From Lepidodermella squamata (taxonomy: Eukaryota > Animalia > Gastrotricha): DNA of 64,000 bases. Within the stretch, counting starts at the first letter, position 1; the number at the start of each line of letters is the position of its first letter. The notes beneath the pieces are model-generated. The model saw nothing but the letters and a program-made list of their open reading frames with translations, ran no database searches and was not told the origin of the DNA. Shown piece by piece: positions 37,518-48,487 of this stretch. Made by a program: the position numbers and the translations under genes. Where the stretch lies: the NCBI GenBank assembly GCA_047495785.1, contig JBLDXI010000054.1, forward strand, positions 496,001 through 560,000. The letters run 5' to 3'.

Positions 37518-37880
37518 ACTTTGCATCCCGCACTCGGTGCGGGAAGGAACCGTCATTCTCATCCCGCAGCATCCCGCATTTCATCCCGCAGTCCATCCCG
37601 CCTATCCCGCAGTTCATCCCGCAGTCCATCCCGCCTATCCCGCAGTCTATCCCGGACCGCGTCCCGCAGCTGAGATTATGGAGGGTGCGGGATCACGCAA
37701 CGGTCCTGCTGAAGAAGTGCGGGATGGCAGCTGCGGGATGATGTGCAGGATGGTGCGGGATAACAGTGCGGGACGGGTGCGGGACGGGTGCGGGACGATC
37801 CCGCAGCATCAGCGGGATCATCTGTGGGATGCATCCCGCAGGTCATCCCGCACGTCCCGCACTAGTGCGGGATGCAAAGT
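37518..37880. mobile_element. MITE built from ATCCCGC/GCGGGAT repeats
   Basis: TIR ACTTTGCATCCCGCACT / AGTGCGGGATGCAAAGT, TA at 37516-37517 and 37881-37882; internal motif repeated in both orientations. Confidence 0.82.
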
Positions 37881-38899
37881 TATATTTCATTTTCGTTCAT
37901 TTTTCTCATTCGTTCGAATTTCGTCTCGTTTTGAACGTCGATTTTCTGCCCGACCGAAATTCTGCTCGAATTTCCCGAATAAATGCTCCTAGAATTCTGT
38001 TCCGATTGGCAAGGCTGCCGCATTTGATGCCGAATGGTTCAATAACTCATCAACCCTGACACCTGCTTCTTTCGAAATCAATCGAAATCCCGAAAACCTT
38101 GCGCCTGTACAATCCGAAGAAACTGGTTCGATTTGAAGGACACGTATGCGGCGATGAAAGAAGCTCGCGACAGCAGTCCGTCGGAATTTCATCTCTGGTT
38201 GTTGAAAATGGCTCAGTTTCGGAGCGGCGCGTCGCAACGGTGTTTGGTTCGTCGATGTTTTCAACGTCATCGAATCGGAACTGTCTCTGGCAGAGTGCTC
38301 CAAGTACAATCAAGTTTCAAGGTGGTGATTTCTGCGAATTGGGGGTCAAAATGCTGTCCGATTTTCTGGATTTTCTGCTCAGTGCTCCCGGCGCGTTCTA
38401 TCGATCTAAGGTGACGACTTGCTGACCGTACCTGTTCGATGATCTTCTGCGCGATCCGACTCACGAATCGCTGCGAATTCATGCACAACGGGGACGAAAT
38501 GCTGCCCGATTTTCCGGAATTTTTCTGAAAAATTCTGGTTCCTACGGCGAATTTTTGCAGCCCGCTTGCCAAGCTGTCCCCGTCTAAATTATTCTCAAAA
38601 TTGAATGTTTCCATTTTCTTTCATAATAAATTGCTTTGCGAAAACTATATCCCTGTGTTTTTCCGTTAGAATTAGCTGTTTCAAGACCTCGGAAGTATTG
38701 GGCTTGGAAAGGAGCATCTATATTCAAAATATAGATTTTCCAGGTCAAAAATATAGATACACCTAAATCTATATTTCAGATATAGATCAGAAATATAGTT
38801 CATATTCAAATCTATATTTGAAGTATGAAAAAATATAGATTTGTGTTTCAAGGTTAAAAATATAGACACAGTGTTATATTTCCTCGTTTGAAACTTTCA

Positions 38900-39160
38900 T
38901 TTAGTAACCATTTTTTAGGCGGGAAAACGCATTGTTTTCTGAGAGGTTCATTCATAAATAAAACGCGGGCGATTCAAACGAGCATTTTTACTGTGAATTT
39001 CCACGCTAATACTCTATTTTCGCGATATTTCTCACCAAATCGCGTGCGACAAAAAAGCTTTATTTTCATGAATAGATGCTCGTTTGAATCGCTCGCGTCT
39101 CATTTATGAATGAACCAATCAAAGAACAAACGGTTTCCCGCGCAAAAAAGTGGTTAGTCA
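38900..39160. mobile_element. Fold-back MITE-like inverted repeat
   Basis: GGTTCATTCATAAATAAAACGCGGGCGATTCAAACGAGCAT pairs with ATGCTCGTTTGAATCGCTCGCGTCTCATTTATGAATGAACC; outer arms TAACCA.TTTTT..GCGGGAAA. Ends approximate. Confidence 0.7.
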
Positions 39161-41097
39161 CAACTTTATTATGTGTTCTTGCAGTGTAAGAATGAAATTA
39201 ACTCGGCTTCCTTACAAGAGGACTAGAGCAAGACAATGCACAATTATTCGATAATAAGTGACAGTTAGTGGCTGATTTTAATATGTAACGACAGAGCTAC
39301 AACGCATGCATATTCTACTAATATTCCACTTATACATTAGAGGCCAGCCAGGAGGCCTTTCGAGCAGAGTAAATATTAGAGAACTGGTCGTGGAGGAAAT
39401 GTCATGGGCGTAAAATGTTAAAATCAGCACAAAAATCGTAACATTTGTTGTCGCGAATACAACCGCATTTTCGAGCTGGTCAGAAAATAGAGAGGTGTAC
39501 ACAAAACGGCTGTATGATCAACTTACCGAATTCGCACCTCGGTTGCTTGTAGGGCGGGACGCATGTGCATTTATTCGGAGCAGTGCAGCTTCCACCATTA
39601 AAACACGGGCTAGAACATATTGCTGGAAACAACGGAAAAATTGTTCAAATAAAATAAAATAAAAGCATATACAGGGTGTTCTTTTTAAAACCGAACATCC
39701 GCCGCGCGCGTTGGAAAATCGCGTGCTACCGCAAATTTTTATGCACAAAATTAAATATCCTTTTAAAAATATTTTTATTTTATTATATTAATAATTTCTT
39801 TTAAATAAAAATTTTGTTGCTACGGAAAAGCGTGCTGCGCGATGCCGCGCGTTTTCGCGTTGTAGCCGCTCCGCGCACCGCAAGTTCCCCGGCGCGCAAC
39901 TTCATCCCCGTAATTCCGCATTTTATCACCGGTGACGACACCTTTGTTAGTGTTTTTCTGATAGCATTTCAAGCATTTAATAAGGCAGCCGGCGTCATTT
40001 TTTCTAAATATGGCTCAATTAGACGTATGCGCTAAGCCTAAACAAGCCATTTTTATGCCGTTTTTCGCAGATCTTAAGCGTTTAACCCCGGAAACTTTCA
40101 CCAAAGTGCGGTTATACCTTGCGGAAACAGTGTTTCTAAGTACAGTAATGTATTCTCTACAAGATTACCACAGCCGTTTTTGTAGGATGATGGTTATTTT
40201 TAGCACGTCTGCCCTAACAGCCAGCCGGTCTTTCAGAGCATAGATCTCATTATCACCATCTTCAAGGAGGTCTATGCCTTCAAATCACCCGTCAAAAACA
40301 CTGTCTCTCATTGTTTTCTTGTAAAGCAGAGTAAATACTACTTAGTTACCGTTACTTTTTGGAGGGTCACCGCGGTTTTTCACTTGCTGCTGCTATGGAT
40401 AAATTCTGTCGATAAATGGAGTTTTTCGGGATATTCGGAACATTTACATTGTTAGCAAACAATTCAGCGGTCAAATGGGGGCTCAAATGAGTGAATTCAC
40501 TAGGAGACATAAATACTTTGACAATGAAACAAGAAAAAGTCGGTGTTGCCATACTAACTCGTGAGCAGGAGGGACTTCCTTCTGCCATACCTGCTGTGTT
40601 AGATCTCATCCTCTGGCCAGATGAACGATCTTCAAGATGGTCCATGTCATGAATTTTGCTTAATTAGCATTGTTACTCATTGTTTTCTGGTAGAATAGAG
40701 TATAAATTTCTTATGGTGCTTTCACAAATGCGTCCGACGAGCGTCCGACGTTTTCGGCGCCCGAAGTTTCGTAATAGGCGACCAAAGTAGCGTAATAGTT
40801 GCCCGACGTTCAGATTTTCTTTCACAAACGCGCGCACTTCGGCCTGCGCGCCCGAAGTTTGAACAATAGCGCGTCCGACGCAGCGCGCGCACGCAAAACA
40901 ATGAACGTCGGATCGGAGACCCGCAAAACTACCGTCCGAAGTGCGTCCGAACCGAAGAGTTTAAACAAAAGAATCTATCGAAGAGCGGAAAAGTTTTATT
41001 GGGCTCAACAACAGCGGAAATTACAACACCATATACTACAACACATTTCAACAATTTAAGACAAAAATTCAACAAAAAATTACAAAACAATTTACAA

Positions 41098-42198
41098 TTA
41101 GTTGAACACCGTGCGACGGACTAAATCACTAATATCGAAAAACAAGCGCGATATTTCACTTTTGCTGAGAGGTGATTCATCAATGATATTTAAAATCGAC
41201 GCAAATTGTTCATTAATAGCGCGACGGCGCTCTGTAAAGAGCGGCTCGCCCTCGAGCGAGGCGATTATTGCCCGGGTAAGTGGGTCAAGTTCTTCAGATT
41301 CTTCCGCCTTCCGCTTCTTCCGACCACTGCTTGCCGCTGCTGCTGACGGTGTCGACTGTTCGATGAAGTTCGACTGCGAGTCTTGAACGCCGGCTAAGAC
41401 GGGCGGAGGGTTCAACTGACCAGCGTCGCCGGAAGAATCGCCAGTAGCATTGACTTGAGGCGTGTGAGGCGTGTGAGGCGTTTGAGGCGTGTGAGGCGTG
41501 TCGGGGCGAAGTTGCCGGGCAACTGACGCAGGTAACGCCGAAGAAACAGGTAAATTCGACTTCGTTCTGAAAGAAAAATATGAAAAATTTAAGCAATTTG
41601 TTTCCGATTTTCCGCACATTTTTCATTTAAAAAAAATAAATAAAATAACTCACTTGTTTTTGTACATCACTACGTCCGCCAGAAAGGTCATCGCCTCGTA
41701 GAAGGCGAAACGGACAGTCTTCTCAGCTGCCGAGCCGCTCGCCACGTACTGCTTGTGGCATTTAGTGAAGCGGTCGCGAAGACGCTGCCACTCCTCGCTC
41801 ACTTCTTTGTAGGTGTACGGCTGTGCCGGGGCTGACGCTGTCGCGGGCTTCATCGGAAGGCGTGTGGCCAGAGTAGCCCACAGGGCATTTTTGAAGACTA
41901 CGTCGCTGTATTTGACGTCTGACGGCAGCCAAAGCGACGGGTTGTGTCGAACAAACTCGATAATAGCGGCATGCACCTCGGAGCGATGCTGCTCGAACGA
42001 AATCGAAGACGACGCGGACGACGACGAAGAAGCCGACGAGGACGGGCGAGAATTGTTGGGCGGAACCGGTGTTGGCGGCAACTGCGAGTACGACATGTGT
42101 TGAGACGGTTGCATCATCGTGTACGGTTTGCTGTCATCGAGAGTCACCTGAGACGACGACGACGACGACGACGGAAAATAATAGCGCATGTCGTTCAT
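41098..42198 (-). CDS. Harbinger MADF/Myb-like DNA-binding protein (intron 41653-41567)
   Basis: MADF motif IIEFVRHNPSLW...Y...KNALWATLA...EWQRLRDRF...FAFYEAMTFL; NLS-like RKKRK. Confidence 0.92.
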
Positions 42199-42487
42199 TT
42201 TAACGAAAAACTAGCCAAATTCGAGTAAAAGCTGAGTGAAAGTCTAGTTTTCGGCGAGTTTTGAGTTGAGCGATGATACCCTAGCTGATGTTGGATTGGT
42301 TTAAATAACCCAAAATCGCGGCATTTTCGGACGCCATGTTGAGAAATCAAAGGGCGCACCGCCAAGATGGCGGCAGGCGCTGCGTCAATGCGCGGCCGCC
42401 ACGCTCGTCGTCATGCTCGCCTCGCCTCGCTCACCTGGATGCCACTAATCTGATTAAGAAAATTTAATTAATTTCTCTTCTCCTGAA

Positions 42488-43984
42488 ATGATTCGCGACC
42501 GTAGACGCAAGGCTCTTCTAATCGGCTTAGCGTTGCATTTACGCCGAAAACGAGCACAGAAAAAAGTGCGTCGTTATGGCATTCACCCGGTGAATCGGCA
42601 ACGGCCAATGCTGGGTCATTTCCATTGTCTACACCGCGAGCTGCTGATGGATAATGAGCGATTTCAAAATTATTATCGCCTCGATATTGCCGCATTCAAC
42701 AAACTTGTCGCACTGGTACGGCCTATTACTGCCAAGCCGTCGATATTCGGCCGGCATGGCATCTCGCTCGAAGAAAAGATGGCGCTGACCGTTCGTTTTT
42801 TAGCAACTGGAGAGTCGATGACAAGCCTGTCATACTCGTTTCGAATGGGCGTGGCAACAGTTCATTCGATTTTGAAAAGAACTATGCGTGCGATCTCAAC
42901 CGCCCTAATGCCAATTTACATGCCGACTCCCACCGCTGAAACGTGGCGAGAGAACGCCGCCGAGTTTGGCCAGTACTGGAATTTGCCGTTCTGCTGCGGC
43001 GCGGTAGACGGAAAACACTGCGTCATCGTTCGTCCGGCAAAATCTGGGAGCGAATATTATAATTATAAGGTTGGTAGCAATTTTTATTTATTTATTTTTT
43101 ATTTTATTTTATTTTATTTTATTTTATTTTATTTTATTTTATTATTTTATTTTATTTTATTTTATTTTATTTTATTTTATTTTATTTTATTTTATTTTAT
43201 TTATTTTATTTTATTTTATTTTATTTTATTTTATTTAAAAAAATATTCTCAAAATTAAATTGTAAATTTTTAATTTTAATTTTTTTGGTTTTTTTTTATT
43301 TATTTTTTATTTTTTTAGGGAACTTACTCGATTGTGCTAATGGCGGTGGTTGACGCCAAATATCGCTTCTGCCTGGTCGATGTCGGTGCCCACGGCCGTT
43401 TCAGTGACGGCGGGGTATTCAAGAATAGCGGCCTGCTGGAATATTGCAGCAACACCACGCCAACAGAGTCTATTCCTCTACCTGGTGGCAATATGAAGGC
43501 GAACCATTATTTTGTTGGCGATGCGGCGTTCGGGCTAGACTGGAACTTCCTTTCACCCTATCCCGGACAAACATCCGGAAATTTGCCGGCTAATAAGCAA
43601 ACTTTTAATTATCGTTTATCTCGCGGTCGGCGTGTCGTCGAAAACGCATTCGGCATTGCATCAGCTAGATTCCGCCTACTTCGGAAAGTGATGGAGTTGA
43701 GCCCAGAAATGGCAGAAGACGCCGTGCTGGCCATCTGTACGCTTCATAATTTCGCAATGGCCGAGGTTTCTAACTACAACATCGGCGATCGCGAGGCGTG
43801 GGACACGTGGCAGGAGATCGAGAAAGAAGGCGCGCTTCCGAATTTCGTCCCAGAGAATATTCGCGTCACCGAGAAAAAGGGTTTCGACCACGGCCAGCAG
43901 TTGCGCTCGAATTTAACCATCTGGTTCCAGTCCGAATCGGGCATGGTTGCCTGGCAGTCAAAAATGCTGAATCGAAAATTCTAA
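42488..43984 (+). CDS. Harbinger DDE transposase (intron 43070-43318 containing an (ATTTT)n microsatellite)
   Basis: LRFLATG-like HTH (VRFLATGES), GAVDGKH, YYNYK|GTYSIVLMAVVD, GDAAF, FNYRLSRGRRVVENAFG, LHNF. Confidence 0.95.
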
Positions 43985-45559
43985 ATTTCAGCAGTCGGTT
44001 TCTGTCGATTTTTAATATTCGCACTAAAATGATTAACATCTCATGAATGTAAATTCATTTTCTCATTTCTGATTTTCGCATTTTGCATCCTTATACTGTG
44101 CTTCGACTTGATTTGCTTTCATTTTTACTATAGAACAACATGTTTGGCTTGATAAATGCGATAATAGTAAAATTATATATGCTCGTGTTGCTTTTTACGT
44201 CATCTACCTTTATTTGAAAACATTTTTTGAATTGGGACCGAAATGAAAAAAAAGTTGCTGTACCCGGCCGTTTTCCGCTATATAAAAGTGCGTGCGCTCG
44301 TTGAGAGGTATGCGCGCTAACTTCGGGAGAAGAACAATAGAACGTCGGACGTCTCGCTGCGCGCGCGCGTCCGAATTGCCACTGATAACACCGTCCGACG
44401 TTTCGCTTCACTTTTCCGAAGTTTGCGAGTTGCTAACCGAAGTTTTCGCCGTCCGACGCATTTGTGAAAGCACCATTAGTTACCATGTCTTTTTGAGGGG
44501 TCACCGTGGTTTTTCTCGTTTTACGGCTTAGGATGCATTTAGACGTTAAAATGGAGTTATTCGGGTTTATCGGAACATTTATTGATGCTGGGAAATAATC
44601 AACGGTCAGATATGGGTAAAATTGGGTGATTTTGCTTGGAGACTATATCAATATGACGACAAAGCAGGAAAAAGCTAGTGTTGCCGCCGTAATTCGAGCG
44701 CAGGATCGACTTTCGTCTGCCCTACACACTCTGGTTAGACGTCATCATTGAGTCAGATCAGCAACCTTAAGGATAGCCCATTTCATGAAATAATCTGGTA
44801 AGAACAATCTTTCTCATGGTTTTCTTGTAGAATAAACTGTATATTTCTTAGTTACCATTACTTTTAGGTTGGACAACGCGGTTTTCCGCTTTAAGTGGCT
44901 TGGCATGCATTTTTCGGGTTTTTTCGGGTTTTTCGGGATATTTTTGGTCGTAGCAAATAATTTAGCGGTTAAATTTTGGCCAACATAAGTGAACTTGCTA
45001 AGAGAAGATGTCAGTTTGACAATAAAGCAGAAAAATGCTGGTGTTGCCGCCCTAACTCGAGCGCTGGGTCGGCTTTCTGATACCATACCATCCTTGTTAG
45101 AGGACGTTTCAACGCGTTGTAGCCGCAATTCTTCGTGATTTATGGGGCCATATGACGTCGATGCATGAATTTTAGGCATTGTGTGAATATATAGCTTTAA
45201 TCGTGTTAAAATTCTGCAAAAGACTTTACCCGTTGACACATTTTTCAGCCGCTGCTACTGGTTTTCAGCGGCCGCATTAGGGCCAAGGTTTGAAATCGTT
45301 TGTTTTCGCTTATTCTTCTATTTCTCCGGGAAATTCAGCGGGTGGGGCGCGTTATATTATTGTGATTTATTGCGCTTGAAGTTACATCAATCAAATAGTT
45401 TACCACTAAAATATTACAAGAAACGTAAAATCTATGCGAGAATGCTGGACTGTTCTTACAGGACGCGTAGAATCAGAGATCAAAGGGATGCATACAAAAG
45501 ACAAAGACTGGCGTGGTGTTAAACTTGCTTTGTTACCGCTGTTCTGCAGAAGCCTTGCT

Positions 45560-48487
45560 TGGTGACGCGCATGGCGGGTCGGCGATCCTGGTTCGCGAAG
45601 GGGCGGTTGTCGTCTCCGAGCGGAAGCTGGCCTTGACTGGGGCGAAGAGAAGCGAGTGGATACGCCTCGACCTGCTGCCTGGTCGCCGTTGTGAAGCAGT
45701 ACGTATGTTTACCGGCTACTGTCCGCCGTCGTCCAGTCTCGACCTGCGCTGGTTTGAGGAGGAGTTCGCTGAAGCTGCTCGTCTGGCTGTCCCGTGTTTC
45801 TTTGGCGGCGACCTGAACGCGAAATCACCACTGTGGGGGAAGGGCGACCTCTGGAACGCCAACGGCTTCTCCCTCCACCACGCCGCGACTCGGCTCGGTC
45901 TTACCGTCCTTCCGTCTCCGAAGCCGACTCATCTGCATCCCTCCTCCGGTTCGCTATCCACGCTCGATGTATGGGTGCTTAACGACGCTGCCATGCGCCT
46001 CCTGCGCGGCGGCGCTCACGTTGGCGATCGATATACCAGTGACCATTTCGTGACCTCAGTCGCTGTCGCCTTCCCAGTTGGCCGGCGGCTGCCTGCAGTC
46101 GACCCTCCCGCTCCGGATCCGTTTCCGCGGTACGATGTCTCGCGCGCCGATCGTCTCAGTTTTTCCCGCACCTTGACTGCTAAGCTCCTTGCCATTCAGA
46201 TGCCAGCTCCCGGGGACCCCTTCCCACGACTTGCCACTTATCGCCGAGAAGTAACCAGCGCTATCGCCGAGTCCCGCGACCTTCACGTGCCCGTCTGTGC
46301 GCCGGGGCAGCTGCGACGCATCGCCATGAGCCTGGAGATGCGCAGGCTTCTTCAGGAGAAGCGGGTTCTGGAACGTGCTCTGGGCAACCACGTCGACCGC
46401 GAGCTATGCGCCCGGCTCAAAGATCTCGACGCCCGGTTCCGCGCTGCGCAGCACGCTCATCTTCTCCGTCGCGACATCGCCAATCTTCGAATGGTGGAAG
46501 CGCTATCTGCCCAGCACCGTTACCGAGAAGCGTGGGAGCGCCTCCGCCGTCTCGACCGACACAGGCCGCCGCGTTCGGCTGGGCCCATGAAACTGGATGA
46601 CGGCCGCGTCTTAGCGCCATCGCCTGAGCTCGCAGATGCTCTCCTGAGTCAGTTCGTCAAGCCGATGACGCCGTATGAAGACCCGGCTGCCGATGCTGCG
46701 ACCAGACAACGTTGGGCCGATATAGAGCGATTCGTTTCCACCGATCCTGATCTTCAGCGTACCGATACCCTGCAGCTACCCGGCCCGGGTGAGTTCTCCG
46801 TCAGCCAGCGCATGGTGGCTGATGCAGTCGGGCGCCTCAAGCCGTTTAAGGCGCCTGGGCTGGACGGCATCAGTCCTATATTCTACAAATGGGGCGGGCC
46901 GCCGCTTCAGCGCCACCTTCGCCATCTGTTTAACCTCAGCCTCGGCTCCCGATGCGTTCTGCCGGAATGGAAGGAGGCTGCCGTCATCCCTGTGCCTAAA
47001 GCCGGTAAACCGCATGGCGCCGTCTCGTCTCAGCGGCCGATCTCGCTGCTCCCAGTTGACGGCAAGCTACTCGAATCGATCATCGCGCGCTGGTTGGGTG
47101 GGTTCCTGGAGGATCTCAGCCTGCTGCCTGACAACCAGTACGCGTTCCGTGCTCACCGGTCCGCTCCGGACGTACCGCTGCGAATCGCGCACCGCGTCCA
47201 CCTCGGCCGGTCGCGTAACCGTAAGGTCATCGTCGTCGGCCTTGACGTACAGGCGGCGTACGATTCCGTGTGGAGTGCCGGCCTTGCCTTCAAACTCGCC
47301 GAACTGCCTCTACCTCGAAACCTGGCCGCCTGGCTTACCGATTTCCTGCGCGACCGGAAGCTTCAAGCGCGCGTCGCCGGCTTCCTCAGCCAGCAGCGGA
47401 CTGTGAACTGCGGAGTCCCGCAAGGGTCGCCCCTGTCGCCCCTGCTGTACATCGTGTACACTGCTGACCTTCTAACTGCGCCGACTGCCCCCGGCTGTTC
47501 CCTAGACGCCTATGCTGACGATCTCACAGTCGTCGGCGAGGGTGCGAATTTCCAGGAGGCCGAACGCTGCACCCAGGCAGAGATCGATCGCATCTCGCAG
47601 TGGGCCCGCGAGTGGCGCCAGAAGTTTAATGCGTCGAAAAGCGAAGCAATGCCGTTTGCCTGGCGCTCGTACCAGACCCGTCTGCGCCTCGACGGCTCGA
47701 TGATCCCTCAAGTTGCCGTAATTCGTGTCCTCGGCGTGCACCTTGACGCCAAGCTGACTTGGAAGTCGCACGTCGACCAGGTCATCAACCGCTGCACCCG
47801 GAACCTGTCCCACTTTCGCCGTATTGCCTGCACCCCTGGCCTCTCTCGCCGATGGCGTCGCACGGCCTACCTCAGCCTTGTCCGCTCCGCCGCCACTTAC
47901 GGCAACGTCGTGTTTTGTACCGCGCCCAAGAGGCAGCTGCAGCGGCTTGATGTGTTGCAGAACGACTGTCTGCGCAGCCTGCTAAACATCCGCCGCGATG
48001 ACCGGGTCCGTGTCTCGGAGCTGGAACGCCGCTGTGGCGTGAAGAGCCTGCCTGCCTTTTTCGAACAGACCCAGCGCCGTTATGCTGCGAATGCAGTCCG
48101 GTTCGTCCTCCCACTTAGAGAAGAAGTTGAGCGACTCCGCCTCTCCGCGAACCCGGTGCCCCGTTCCCCGCTGGCCTTGATCGCCAGCAGGCTTCCTCGG
48201 GGTCCTTTGCCCACTTTCGATGTCTAATCTCGCCGCCTCTCCCTCTCCCTCTATCCTTTGCTTTCTCTTCTCTCTTCCCTTCTTCTTCCTCCCATTCTCC
48301 CTCGCTGTGTTTACGTGCCTCTCTGCTTTCGATAAATCATCCATCACCCCGCCTACTTGTGTCCACAGCGCACTGCCGCCGGCAAGCGCATATAATCTCG
48401 CGACCCCGCGTCATTGATATCTTTACTTATTTTGTCTCCCATATCAATGAACAATAAATATTTGAATTTAGAATTTAGAATTTAGAA
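45560..48487 (+). mobile_element. 5'-truncated Jockey/I-type non-LTR retrotransposon (partial APE endonuclease + RT)
   Basis: GGSAILV, GDLNA, SDH, APGLDG, RPISLL, QYAFR, AYDSV, GVPQGSPLSP, YADD; pyrimidine-rich 3' UTR and (GAATTTA)n tail. Confidence 0.95.

Larger units (their letters stand above)
40714..44475. mobile_element. PIF/Harbinger DNA transposon, apparently intact and autonomous (3762 bp)
   Basis: TIR TGGTGCTTTCACAAATGCGTC, TSD TTA (40711-40713, 44476-44478), subterminal GTCCGAC/CCGAAGTT repeats, two divergently oriented genes. Confidence 0.95.

Noticed and set aside
37537-37992. 151-aa PAVHPAY repeat protein
   Set aside because: Translation of the ATCCCGC MITE; GTG start and no gene context.
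43070-43258. Hydrophobic FYFIL-repeat tail on the transposase ORF
   Set aside because: Read-through into an intronic (ATTTT)n microsatellite; splicing restores the conserved YNYKG motif.
45513-45559. Native N-terminus of LINE ORF2
   Set aside because: Lower-GC flank, in-frame stop at 45468, no EN motifs, not shared with the 56-kb copy.
48464-48487. (GAATTTA)n as a telomeric repeat
   Set aside because: Only about three units, always at the LINE 3' end; a retrotransposon tail.
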